A DNA stretch of 56,899 bases, counting the filler, from Basidioascus undulatus (Eukaryota), in the NCBI GenBank assembly GCA_000826855.1. It is 7 parts of 7 records of this genome, joined end to end, with 100 filler letters (N's around TTAATTAATTAA, not from the genome) between each part and the next. Parts side by side here need not be neighbours in the genome. Positions count along the whole stretch, not along the records: positions 1 to 8,066 come from JTLS01001445.1; positions 8,167 to 16,225 come from JTLS01001446.1; 5 more parts are not named here. One strand, written 5' to 3'. The notes beneath the pieces were generated by a model. It had not been told where the DNA came from, searched no databases, and saw only the letters and a program-made list of their open reading frames with translations. This document shows, piece by piece, positions 1 to 13,100 of the stretch. The position numbers and the translations under genes are program-made. How positions within the stretch are numbered: the stretch's first letter is position 1; each line of letters begins with the position of its first letter.

Positions 1-3000
1 GCTGTTTAAGTCCAAAACTTGACGGCGTTTCCGCGATACAAAAACTTGAGCTCTTTGTGCCCTTACTTACGTAGCGGGACCGCAATTGAAATTTCAATGT
101 CTTCAAGGTCTGCCGTGTGTTTTAAACAGTCAAGCATTACCTTCATCGCCTCGTGACGCTACGCTCAAACCTCAAGCCGCATGTAGTCCCGACCTCACGA
201 CTGAAGCTGTTCTGGGCTTGAAGCTACACAAATCCGGGGATGCATTGCGTTATTTAATGACATTCCAGGACTTTACCGTTTGGAAAGATATGAGAGGCCG
301 CACGTCGCAGGACAAAGCCGAGCGAGCTCGAGAACGCTCGAGCACACGGAGACGGGGCAGGCAGCGCAGGCGTCATTCCTACTTGGCCCACCCGGACTGC
401 GTGAAATTTTTCTGGAACTGCCGGTTTGTGTTGGGAGTGTTTCAATACCATAATTTATTGTTCTGCGCTGGTGAGGGCGATGATGAAGGCGAGGTTGTGA
501 AAGCGCTCAAAACGGTCGTGCGAGCAGCAGCTGCAGTGACCAAGGTCGGATAACGAATACTGCAATGCCCCCACAGTGCGTTTTCTTGAATCTGATTTTA
601 CCCATGTCGAGGCCACTGTGAAATGTAATTGAGCCGCTGACCACATAGTGCCAGTCCGACCGCAAACTGCCCTCTCCCACCGCTGTGACTCGCTCCCTCT
701 CGAGCGGCGGCCAGGGAGGTCTGCGCCACACGGCGCTGGTCTGGAGCGCACCCCTCAGCACGGGGGTCGCCGCGTGCGTGGGTGAGTAGCCCGCGATCAC
801 CTGTCCGCTGTCTACTGCTCACAGGGACTGCTTGGGGGAGCAACTCCAGCCTTCATGTCGTGCATGATCAAAAGTACCAGGTTCAGCGCGCGGCTGAGAA
901 GTCGGACACTGAGCTCGAGGCGGAGTTCGGCCCGCAGCACGAAGCCCTGAAGAGGTGCGGGCAGATGCTTGAGGAGAGGCGCAGGAAGCTTAGGGAGGAG
1001 CTCGAGCCTCAGGCGGAGGGGGAATGCTTGAGAAGCATAGGGGGATTGGAGAGGGAGAGGGCGCTTTGATAAATGCTAAGAGCTACAAGACAGGAACGGC
1101 GAGAAGTGGCATCGCAACGGCATTGTGAGGTGTACCATGAAGACTCTTTTGGGGCATGACTAGTGTCAGGTGTCTATTCTGCCCTCTTTGCCCCGTTCTC
1201 CTTCATGTAGGGTATCTAGTACTCAGGCAACTTACCCAGCCCGCTCCGCGCCACGCTCGACCCATTCCCGCATGAAAACAATGAGCTGGCCTTTCTACAA
1301 AGGAATCCCCTCGCATATTGTGTATTCCGTTTGGTAGCTGACCTGAATGTCGTTTGGCGCGTGCGGACAGGAACTGTCACTTCGACAAGTCGCTCGATCT
1401 CCGTTTCGCGACCGCACTAGGGTCCCTTAAGCTCTTCTTTTGCACTTTCAACTTCGACTCAGCTGCTATGCTCCTCAGCAGCTCCGTGTCCGCCCTCGAG
1501 CTGTATGACATTTGGGCTTTGCCTTTCGGCGACGGCAAAGACAAAACCCCCACTCCGCCCGGGCTGCTCACCCACGTTGCGCTTTCCTGTGTTCGGACCC
1601 TTCGCCTCCCTTCGATGAACCTGTCATCCACGGAGCTTTCGCACGTACTTCGCTCAGACATCTAGCCTACCGCTCTCGGCATGCTCTCGTCGACCTTGCA
1701 ATGTGCGGTCTCTCCTCGCCCCAGGTCCTGTCGGAAGCCCTTCTGCTCCGTCCTTCCCAGAGCTCCACAGCCTTTAAATTCGTTCCCAGGCTAGCGACGG
1801 GGACGACGTGAGATTCACTCTTTCGAGCTTAACTGCTTTCGTGGCGAAGCAGCAGGCTAAACTATTGGAATCTGTTGTGTTTGTGTAATATGTTTTTAGA
1901 GAAGAAAATCCGGGGCACCGCACTTCACAATGTGTGGGGCGCCGCGCTACATGCATTTAATCCATGGTTGCAGGCCAGGTAGCTTGGCTTTAGGCATGTT
2001 TTCCAGTGTTTTCCCAGTAATGCTACGGCCAAAACTGAGAAAGTGAAAACTGTATTCATATATGAGCTCAAGGTAGGCAATTCTGGTCAATGCTGTGTGG
2101 GGCTCTTCGGCGGTCCTCCGAGTATCTTTGTGGCGTCTCAGCCTACTGCCATACTGAGCTTTGCGGCTTTCAAATGCCGAGTTTCCAAACCGTATCAGCT
2201 TTGAAACCCCTGAGAACCAGTGCTATAGACAGATTATCACAAGTACAATCCCATGCCCCCACGCACCCTCCCATTCTCGACCCAGGCTGTGGGCAGGTCA
2301 GGTGCCGATCAACGGCAGCATTGCCTGTGAGAGTTTCTGGAATTGTAGTGGTCGGAGTATAAGCCAAAGAGTACCATCTTAGCAAAACTTTGAAATCCCC
2401 TGACTCCCAACCGAAAGTCCGCGAGCCTTCACGCGGTAGGATGGCCGCTAGCGACGCATCCGATGCGGCGTACTTCAACTTGCCCTTCTTCTGATTGGCG
2501 TATATGTCGTCCAGTCTGGGCGGGGTACAGCAATAATAACCCCATACACAACTTTCCATTCCCTAAACTCACTCGACGACATGCTCATTCTGCATGTTGA
2601 TGGATAACTCGTGCCACATGAGCCAGCTCCTGCGGTACTGGGTCCAGTGTTACGTGACTTGGACCGGTGGGTGCTGAAAAGGCCGGAGGTTATGTGGGAG
2701 CTAGTATAGACCGAAGGAAGGTCAACCCGGTCTGTTAGTAGCTCTCATAGACACTTATAGATGCCGCGGCAGAACTGACCCTTCTTGCTCGTAGTGCAGA
2801 TGGAGCTGGACGAATGAGCGACAGGTTAGCAGTCTTTACGCACCGGAGCATCAGAAGTGGGGAAGAAAAGATAGTACACGTCATGCTGGTTCCCGCAATG
2901 TCGCGAAATATTCCAAGGCAGGACACTTTATACTGCTCGTCTGAGATCGTCAGGAGGCGGATGCGCAGGGACTGCTTCACTCACAGTGATCTTCATGGAG

Positions 3001-4205
3001 GCTACCCAAACCCATATCAGAGAGGATCTCATATTCTCACTAACTAAGTTGTCTCACCTATGAAGCAGCAGAGCGAGGCTGCACACGCGGCCTTTGCACC
3101 GTAGTAAAGGATCTGGTCACAGTTATTGTCAATAGGGCTCACCAGACGTTTCAGACGTATACACCAACGGCCACGAGAGCGACCGGCGCCCTTTGATGAT
3201 GCTTCAGCCATTACTCTGATTATAAGCGTGACCCGATAATGGTGGGCATCCGCTTACCTCCAATCGAAGCCACTGGACATGAGGTTGGGTGAGCGCAGCA
3301 GCTGCAACTCGGTGCAGACGAGCGGTGGCTCACGCAGTAAGTCTTTGAAGAGTGTGTATGGGTGTGGTCAATTTCTGTATTTCTGACGAGTATAACAATC
3401 CCGAACATCCAATCGAATCGTGCACCAGAACGTTACTGTGAGAGCGAACACAGCGTCTGCAATCCTGATTTGCCAGTCAGCTTTTGCGTGATGAATGAAA
3501 TGACCTTTAAGACATCATTTCGCTTACCGGCAAGCCGCAATAGTACGACAGGACTCGACCAGTCTGCATTATCCCCGCCCGCAATCTTTGGAGTTGTTGA
3601 AAGTGGGAAGCTGAAGATGAACGGCATCAAGGACAGTGGTCTCGCAAGTCTTTCACTTCTGGTGCCAACTCATTGTTTCCATGTGCACTGGCACCTTGAC
3701 ATTTCGGACCGTCAGGAAGTGGTAGCAGGTTCGCGCAATTTTCAGCGTACACAAATGTCAATTTCCGTGACCTAGGAATGTTTTTTCTGCTTGTCCCCCG
3801 CTTGTTTCGACATGCTTGGCCACGCGGGAGTACCTGTATTCATTACCCCATTCCGGATTCTTCACGGGACTCTTCAGGGCCTACCACCTCAAAACAAGAA
3901 CGAAGCTCAGAAGTCTGGCGAACATTCGAAGCGGTTTGGCGACGGAAGGGTAACAGCCATCCTGCCACTTTCAGGGCGGTCCACGAACCCGCCTCACGCT
4001 TGACCCATTTCACCGCCTCGCTCTCGAAACACTTCACGCAAGGCTTCTTAGTCGTATGAAATATTATTATATGAAAACCTCCTCTCGGTAGGCAGAAAAG
4101 ACGAGAGACTCATGATAACGCAGCCTCCATCTTGACGACTTCGACTTCCCCATTCATCTACGCACCCCTCAAACCGACTTCACAGCCGGCGTTCAGCTCT
4201 GTCCC

Positions 4206-5830
4206 ATGGCAGACTTTTCGACTCGCTTGCAGTACATCCTTGACCGTTACACCGAGGGCCCATCGCCCTCACTTCCCTTGTACTTTCGAAACGTTACACC
4301 TCTAACTCACAGCTCGGTATTGACTGTGCTACATTAAAGCGCGATAGCATGCCGTGACCGCCGATGGCAACTTCCACTTCAAAGGGGCTGCTGGCAAACT
4401 GCACGGCGAAGGGGATACCTTGGCTGCCCCGGACACCATCCTTCACCTGTGAGCTTACCCCAAACCCTTTAAGATTTGAGCAGATCTGACCGTAGCTGCA
4501 GAGCCTCGTGCACCAAAGTCGCAGTTTTTGTCGGTGTCATGAGGGCGGTTGAAGATGGATTGCTCAAGCTCGACGACGAGCTGCCCTGACAGGTCCGACA
4601 GCAGATGCGAAAGCACATGTACGTCGAGAGACGTGGTTCCAGGGTTTCAGCTGAGCGGAACTACCCCAGCATTACTGGCTACACCGAGGACACCCGTCAG
4701 CCGGAGTTTCCGCCGATGAGCAGGCTGCCCACTCTTCGGGACGTGCCTTCTTCATCTGGATGACAGTGGCATGTCTTCGTAGATCCGATCATGTACGAGT
4801 ACATCTTGGCGAATAACCTCATGGCGCCCGGCGTTCGGGTAAGCCTGCTTTCCGAATATCGGCCTTAAGGCTACATCTCTCTACTCCCGTCCGTGTCCGC
4901 TACAGACTGATGTCCACTGCCCGTTCCGCGCCGAGCTGGTAAGCGTTGGTGCTATTGGGGGTTCTGCTGTCAGTGTCGACTGTGTATTGTGGGTCTTGCG
5001 CTGGAAACTGTAACGGGCAAAAGGTTTGTCACTCTGCTTCTTGTTGTTCAATCCACACCGTTGCTAATCTCGGCATCTTCTCGTCAGGCTTGATGACTAC
5101 CTCCAAGAGACGGTTTTCGAGCCTTTGGGCCTGAAGCACATTGGCTTCCGAGGGTGCAAGCGCTTCGACGACTTTGCCAGCGTCCCGCACATCAGCAGCC
5201 GCCAGCCTGATGGTAGTTTCATTCGCGGCATCCCTCACCACGACGAAGACGCTTACGATGACGCCGGAGCCCGAGTGAGTCTCCCGTTCACCCTGCATTC
5301 ATCCCTCTTATTCACCTTGCCCTACGCTCCAGATGCATGGGTGTGGTTTCACGTCAGTTTGAAGCAGAGCCAGCGGCGTTTACACATCAGGTGCCCGGTG
5401 GCAGCTCGTGGACTTCACGCAGCTCCTGCTCACTATTCTTCACAACGGCACCCACCCGTCGGGCGTCCAGCACCTCAAGCCGGAGACTGTGGAGGAGCTT
5501 CGTACTCCTGCTCTGACTGCCGACCAATGCCGCACTCTCTACGAGCCGATTTCCTGCGTACGCCGGCGTGCCGTCCACTGTTTCTCCCAAACGCATCGCG
5601 CAGCCAGCTCACGGCTCGGTGTGTTGCATCAAGGTCTTTCTGTTTTTTTCAAAGGAGCACCTCTTGCTTCCAGGCGCTGAGAAGGACTGGGCGCTGGGGA
5701 AGTCACTCCTGCTCTGTGTTCTCGAATTTCCTGACCTGCTCTTCCTGCAGGTGGCTTGGTGACTCTCTCCGGAGCGCCTTCCCGCAGCGCAGGCTCGCTC
5801 TCCTAGCTCGGTGCTTCGAACGTGCGTAGT
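4206..5830 (+). pseudogene. Beta-lactamase-family (LovD/EstB-like) serine hydrolase, multi-exon, probably disrupted
   Basis: Spliced reading gives an SxxK motif (SCTK, 4506-4517) followed by VMRAVEDGLLKLDD. Later family-typical segments are LDDYLQETVFEPLGLKHIGF and DFTQLLLTILHNGTHPSGVQHLKPETVEEL. There is an in-frame TGA at 4587-4589 and the LLTHxSG motif is not recoverable. The 3' end is approximate. Confidence 0.7.
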
Positions 5831-6936
5831 CTTTTGGGGTAATTTGTCTCGCCGCTACTGACACAGCTTCCATCCCAGATCTACTACATTGTAGACTGGA
5901 AGAAAGGCTACGTCGTAAGTCCTTGTTCCCAACCTTCAGCGTGCCGCGCACACCACCATTGACTGAGAGGAGCTGCGTTTGCGACCAGCCCGGTACATGT
6001 ACGGACGTTGTGAGTGTTCACAGACGATACGACTTGAGGCTCACCCACGCCGTCCTTGTCTGCACAGAATTGTACCCGTGCTGGGACCCAAAGTGCTTGG
6101 AGATGTGGAACCAGGTTTAGGAGGCGGTCTTTTCGGCTGTTTAGGGTCTCTCCATCTTGGATTTCTGTGGAGTCTAGGTGCTACGGAAGATAGGTTTATA
6201 TCCCTTTTTTCACAAAACGTTGTGCGATTCGAGAGCTGTGGCGACGTTCGAAGGTTGATCGGCCAGCAGTTGCGGACGGCTTTCGTCCCGGCAGTCAGTG
6301 TTGAGCTTTCTGGCTAGCCAAGGAGAGCTCCAGCCCTGGAAGTTAGTGAGTTATTTCTGTGTCGATGTCCAACATTCAGGGCATGCAAAGTGTGTAGACA
6401 CTGGAGGTATCGGTGTGGGGAGCAGGCAGGGGAAGGGACCCATGGAGCTTGGTAAGGAAACCTGTGTAATGGCTTTCGCTTTGCTGCCTGCAATGTGGAA
6501 CGAGGGTCGATGGCCACGATAGCGAGGAAGGAAGCTAAATGCCGCCCGTGTCCCGGCGAGTCAGCGAAAAGCAAAGTCACAGTAGTGCGGTCCCTAGCTT
6601 GCACAACGCATCCAACGGATTATTACGGCAGCTGTCTATAAAGTGACAGCAGTCCAGATCGCAAAGCAAGGCACAGAGAGGCCTGTAGAGAAATGAATTG
6701 CGGAAGGAGCGCGGAGGACGTTCCCCTGCAAGGTCGAGGCGATGCAGCCCGGCCCGCGTCCGGCTTGAACCGCGGCGCCCCTACGCAGCTCGCCTCGCCT
6801 CGTGTCCTGGTTGAGTCTTGACCGGCCACACCGCTCGCTCGCTCACGATACCTACACTCACTCTGATTCTGACCTGAACCGGGCTTGATTTGAGAGATTA
6901 AACTTGCTGGGTATTTTGCGATTGTACTGTGAGTCA

Positions 6937-8066
6937 ATGGATGGAGGGATGAGGGGGCGTGTGGAGGCTGGCGAGGCGAAGGGCGCTGATGGACTTGGCT
7001 CGGACAGCCCGCTCGCTCGACTGCGCCTGGCTGCTAGTCCCTCCCATCGCTCTTCGACATCGTACCGCCATCGATCTCCACGAATCCTCTTCATCGGGGA
7101 CTCTAACGAGCGTTGGCTTCCGTCCGCACCCAGCACCAGTCGGTCGCCCGGGCCAGCCAGCCAGGCAGCGATGAGCCTCAACTCGAACATGAACATGAAC
7201 ACGACCCCGCCCTCGCCCTCGCCCGACGAGCGCGACGTTGAGCTGGACGAGCGCCGCCCGCTCTCGCTCGTGCGGGACTCGCTCCACCTCGGCTCCTTCG
7301 GCTCCTTTCCGCCCACCCCCGAGTCCGGCTCCGGCCACCACGGCCTCGCCGGCGGGGGCGCGGGCGGGGCCGAGCTGGGCGCCGAACCCAGGAGTGCGCG
7401 CGGCGGGGAGATGGTGGAGGATGAGGAGGAGCAGCACGCGCGCTGGGCTGTCGAGGAGGACGACCAGAGCTTGAGCATTCTAGCCCCGCTGCCCAGGGAG
7501 ATGCCCCCGCGGGAAGGGGGCTTCCTGCAGGTGCGTTTCGGGTCTTGCGTGAAGAATTAGAAAGGAGGTACGGGATGCTGAGATGTGGATACCGGCTTCG
7601 CAGACTTCACCCCGCCCATGGTCCCACCACGACTCGCTTTCACACAAGCTCCGCCCGCTCCCGACGCCCCCGGCGCTCTCGCCCTCCTCGCCGTCCCTCT
7701 CTTCCCTCTCCAACCCCGCCCCCAACACCAACACCCCACCAACGTCCGCGGGAAGCCCCGTCCGCCCGCAGTTCCTGCGCTCCATCTCGCGCGGGAGCGT
7801 CGTCGATGCCCCGCCCGGCATCGCAGCGATGATCGTCGCCGAGGAGGGCGGCTCGCGCTCGTCGTCCGCGCACGCGTCTCTGCGCCCCAGACCGAGCACC
7901 GAGTTCATCCCCACTTCAGTGGGCGGACCGCGTCCTTGGCAGCAGGTATCTACCATCTCCTCCGCCTCGTCCTCGTCCATCCTCCCGACCTCGCCTGCTA
8001 TGCCCCCGGGCCCGCCAGTCGTGGACGTCCCCCCCGGCTCCCTCCTCTCCGGCCCGCTCATGGCGG
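6937..8066 (+). CDS. Pro/Ser-rich low-complexity protein, N-terminal part, truncated by contig end
   Basis: GC3-rich ORFs 6904-7560 and 7583-8066 are separated by a probable intron (CAG|GTGCGT at ~7531). No recognisable domain. Confidence 0.5.
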
Positions 8067-8166
8067 NNNNNNNNNNNNNNNNNNNNNNNNNNNNNNNNNN
8101 NNNNNNNNNNTTAATTAATTAANNNNNNNNNNNNNNNNNNNNNNNNNNNNNNNNNNNNNNNNNNNN
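8067..8166. other. Artificial contig spacer (N44-TTAATTAATTAA-N44)
   Basis: 100-nt N run with a six-frame stop linker. Confidence 0.99.
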
Positions 8167-8199
8167 CTCCTCCCCCCCCCCCCCCCCCACCCCCTACTC

Positions 8200-9490
8200 G
8201 ACCTTCCACAGTCGCCTTCCTCCGTAGCGGCTGCTGATGGATGCTGTTTGCAAACCGGAAGGATTCTTCAGCGGCCTCTCCGACATGTTCGACCAGGCCG
8301 AGCGGGGGACGGCCGTCGTCTTCTACTCACTCGCAGACGTGAGCGGCCCCACGCTTGGGCAGATCATCGGTGCTGCTGTGGCGCAGAGCTATTTCGGTTG
8401 GAGGTGGACCTGAGTCTGTGGAAGCACTGATAAGGAGTGGAAGAGGCAGTGAACGGTGGGGACGCGACAGTACCTTGTTGTGATTTTGACTTCGGCTGTG
8501 GTGCGTTGGGACGCTGCGTGGGTTTGCGCACACCGTTTACAGGGCTGGCTGATGCTAAATGGAAATTGGCAGGTGCTCGCCGACATCTTCTTGCTCCCAA
8601 GACGTTTGCGCCCGCGCGGCTCACCCGCAAAGCGCGAAGACTGCGCTTGAAGACTGGGCGGTGGGCGCTGCATAGTCGACGTGAGTCTTCTCTTTCCGAA
8701 CAAGCCGATTTCTTTTCTTTCCCATAAGGAATTTCAAGCGAACTGAAATGGGGTGGCGAGATGGCAGAGGAGATGGGCTTCGCGGAGAAGAATCTGCTCA
8801 GGCCGCTGGGGATGATCATGCTGGAGCCGATGGTTTTCTGCGTGACGCTGTATGTCGTTTCTTACTCTTACATGCTTGCCGATTTTGACATACCCATTTA
8901 TGGGATTGACAGCTACAACAGCTACAACAGCTTCGCATGTGCGCTTCATTAGCTCTCGCATGTACCTGCACGAGGCTTATGCTAACTTGGGTGCTCGCAT
9001 AGATGGCATCCTCTGTGCGCACATCTCGCGTCAAACTTTCCTGTGTCTTATTCGTTGCTAATTGCGCTGGGAGGACAGGTCTCCTCTTCTCCGCCGTCCC
9101 TATCGTATTCGAAGAAGGCCGCGGGTGGAACACGCTTGTCGGCGCGCTGCCCTTCCTCGCCGTGATGATCGGGACCTTTATCGCAGCTGGTAGTGCGTCT
9201 CCCTCCTCCCACCTCATTCCAACTATCATCCCCTCCGCCCCTCACACCGCACCGCCTCCCACAGTCAACATCTGGTACTCCACCCGAGTCTTCGCCCCGA
9301 ATGTAAAGAAGCACGGGGGGCGTGTAGCCCCGTCTTGGCGGGCCTCTCTGCACGTAAGTTGCCTGATTTACATGTCATTTGTTTCTCGGGCAACCTATCA
9401 AAGCCCTTCAATTCTCAGGTTGATCACCAAGACTCCAACATCCCTGGTGGGACGGGCTGAGCATCGACACACCCTACATCACTGGTAGGT
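8200..9490 (+). pseudogene. MFS drug:H+ antiporter (DHA1 family), partial and degenerate
   Basis: Motifs LSDMFDQAERGTAVVFYSL..SGPTLG, FGWRWT, FAPARLTRKARRLR, LLRPLGMIMLEPMV and PIVFEEGRGWNTLVGALPFLAVMIG. In-frame TGA at 8411-8413; the C-terminal helices are not recoverable. The 5' end is lost at the contig edge. Confidence 0.7.
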
Positions 9491-10159
9491 CGTTGCAGCG
9501 GACAGTTTCGCTTGTCCCCCCCTCCAGCTTCTACTTTCTTGAACTTTCCCAAACTTTTCCACTACAATAATGGAGGGAACTCGAAATAATCCTGCACGCA
9601 AGTTCGCCGTTGCACTGAGCTGCTCCCGCTTGTGGGTTCCATTTGCGCAGGCGGTCAGTCAGGCCAAGTTCGCCGTCGTCAGTTCGGCATGCACACTTGA
9701 CCGCGAAAGCATAAGCAACCGCCTGGTACCCGTACCTGAGACTCGACTGAGCAATGTATGGAGAATGCTGGCTTTTGAACAGACCGATCATGCCGATGGT
9801 GAAAGTGGGCGCGGTGTTGGTTGTGGCTTTTGCGTCGTACCAAGATACTACTCGGCAATCTGGTTGCAAACCGGCCCGCAGGCGCGACAGTCCGAGGTTC
9901 ACGATGCGATGATGCTCGATAATGCTTAAACACACTGGCCGCGAGAATACAAGAGGGCGATGGAAGAAAGGAAGAACGCCGAGGAATGCAAGATGTACAA
10001 GGAAAAGCGAAAGCACATGTACAGGAGTCGAAATAAGCCAAAAATGAAAACAAGGAGAATGAAACTATACAAGATACGTTAAGAGGCGTACTGCGGGTTG
10101 GTCTTCGAGCGGTCAGTATGCCGGCACCGAAAGCGGAGACGTCGAGACAGACCCACAGA

Positions 10160-13100
10160 TCACTGCATCGCGGCAAACATCTGCAACGCGCGAGCCACCA
10201 TCCCGGGCTCAAGCCGCGTCGCGTTGGTGAGGGCCGCGAGAACGGGCGAAAAGTCGCCGAGCTCGCGGAGGTACATGGTGTTGATGGCGTTCTCGAAGCG
10301 GGCGAGGAGCGACTGGAAAATGAAGAACAGCTCCTCGTCGGACGCGCCATCGGGGATGGGCGGGACGAGCAGGGCGGAGGAGATGGTTTGATAGGGAGAG
10401 GAACCGGAGGGCGGGGCGTCGGCGATGCTGCGGCGCGGAGAGACGGTCGCGGATGAGGGGGTGGAGGGCGCAAGCGAGTCTTTGCGGAGAGACGCAGGGT
10501 CGCGATAGACGAGGCCGGCTGCGAGCGCTTCAATACGGATGCAGAGAAGCGAGAACTGGCGGAGCTCCTCGATGTCGAAGATCTGGACCGTGGGCTCGTA
10601 CACGCGCGCAGGTGTCGCGCCGTCCACGGCGTCGGCAAGGTTCTTGTCGGGCAGCTCGACACGACCCTTGAGCTGAATCGGGTAAAGCAGCGAAAGGCGC
10701 TCCGGCACTTCGAGCTGCAGGAAAGAACGACTGTCAGCTCTACCCCGCGCCGAAACAGCTCGAAGTGCCCCCCGCGCCGAAACAGCAGCTGTAGGAGACG
10801 TACCCCCTTCAACCGCCTTTCTCCGACAGAAAGCACGCCGAAGCCGATGCGGCGAAGAGCAGCGACATCTCGCCGAACGTCCGAGGACAGCTCGTCGTCT
10901 TCCTCCGAGTTGGGGTCGATTGCGCACTGCGCCTGGACTTCGGAAACGACATCGGCGCTGGCCATGATCTGCGGGGTAGTGGAACATCAGGCAAGGCATC
11001 GGCTGGGCAACCGCACATAAACGCACCTGACCGCCTTCGGCGACAGCGCTGACACGCGCAGAGCGGTTGACCATCGGGCCGAAGTAGTCCATGCGTTGCG
11101 TGACGGGGTCGGCCTCGCACACGGGGTAACTGCCGATCCAGCCAGATGAAGGTCAGGCGATGGTGAAGCAAAGCATTGTTCGGCGAGTCGTACCCGACGT
11201 GAAGACCCCTGTGAGAACAGCACAAGCGGAGTCAGCCACAAGCTCGAGCAGTGGGCGTGCCAGTCGACGCACATTCGCACGGAGAGACCGCGAGCAATGA
11301 GGCTACCGTCCGCGTCGTACACTGGTCGGCCATCTTCGCACTCGAGGATCTCCTTCGGCCAGTCCTGCGTGAGAAGCTGGAGCTGGATGGTGAAGCACCA
11401 CAGGAGCGCCGAAGTCGTCGTCGGGAAGGACACCATGAACGCGTCGCCCTATTCCAACATCGCTGGTCAGCCGCCGCCGCCGTGAACATGAAGGATGGAT
11501 CTAAAAGCGTGACGCACTTCAGTCTTGACCTCGTACCCGCCGATAGTCCGCAGATGCCGACGCAGGAGCGAGTTGTGGATGCGCATGGCGGACTGCATCC
11601 CGCCGTTAGTCTCCCACAGCGTCGTCGAGTTCTTGATATCCGTGAACACGAGCGCGACGTGTCCGATGGGCGGGGGGACCTCGCGCTGGAGTCTCGCGAG
11701 CGTGCGGTCTCCGACGCCATGCTCGTCGCGCGTGCGCCGTGGGCCGACGCGCTTCGCCGCCGAGCCGGCCGCGTAATAGCCCTCGACATCCGCAAAGCCG
11801 GGGCCGAAAGCCCCGCCTGGCGGTCCGCGTGGTTGGAAAAGGTCCGCAACCGCGACGACCATGACCATCGTGTTCCCCTTGGCGCCGTAACCGATAGCGA
11901 AGTCGCGGAGCTTCTGCGCGGCGAGCATCGGGTCCTCGCGCTCCGTCCGCGCGATGTCGACCGCCGTCTCGTACGAGACGTGGTCCCACAGCCCGCGGTT
12001 GGCGATGATGATGAACTCGTCCGCGTCCGTGAGGTCGACTCTATGCACTGAGGGGCGAGCGTTGACGGCGGGGAGGAGGTGGAAGAAGCCGAACGACTTG
12101 GACACGTCGAGCTCGTCGTTGATAAGGCCCTTGGGCGACACCCAGCCCTCTGCGGCACGGATGCGGATCGTCTCCGAGCGCTCGAGCGGCTCGTGCATGG
12201 TCGAGACGAGGTACGGCGCGCCCTTGCGCGAGACGACCGCGAGCGCGTCGCCCGCGTTCGCGACGTACATCGTCTTGCCCGTCATGTAAACGACGATGGC
12301 CGACGCGCCGCTCTTGACCTCGAACATGCCCATCTCGGGCGCCTCGCGCGGGGAGCCGGATGGCGTGGACACGACGGCGAGGACGCTGTTGGCGCTGACG
12401 ACAGACGCGTTGCGCCCGCCCTTGTCGCCCGTGACGACGGTGAGCGGGGTGACCTCGGAGACGTTGGACGCCTTGCGGCGGATGCCAACGAGTCCGGGGA
12501 GGATGTTGTCGAAGAAGCGCTTGTTGAGGCGGAGGAACGCGCGGCGGAGCGCGTCCGGGATCTCCTCGGTCGAGACGGCCGCGAGCTCGTGCGCGATCTG
12601 CTGCTCGAACGCGTCGTGGAGAAAGCGCGAGAGGCGGCAGCCGTCGGTGTTGGGCGCGAGCTTGCCGTCGAACAGGCCGAAGAGACACTCGTCGTCCCGG
12701 CCGCGGAAGCGCGGGACGACAAAGTCGCACATGCTCAGGTTCTCGAGCTCGCCGATCGAGTCTGCGATGCCGTATGCCATGTCGTTGATGGTCGCCAACG
12801 ACGTCCGCACGCGCCGGTTCTCGTTCTCATCAGGAAGGGAGGGGACGCGGAGCGTGACGTCCATGAGGCCGAGGACGCGGAGGTCCTTCAGCGCGGAGAA
12901 CTCGGCGAGGTTGAGCTTGGACAAGGACGACGCGGACGCGAGCCGGTCTGGGTCCTTGACCTCGCGGATCTCGAGCCGCTTGTTGCCGGAGAGGTTGAGG
13001 TAGCGCAGATCGAGGTTCCAGTTCCTGAGAGCGTGCGTCTTGTCAGCTCCAGTCTGGCTAAAGCTCACAGGCACAGTCTGCGACGCACCAGTTCCAATCG

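Noticed and set aside
1..3780. Scattered short ORFs at the start of contig 1
   Set aside because: No recognisable motifs or consistent exon chain; possibly decayed genes or transposon debris, but not supportable.
8111..8122. Recurrent TTAATTAATTAA palindrome (six copies) as a repeat or CRISPR-like element
   Set aside because: Always embedded in N runs; it is a synthetic six-frame stop linker.
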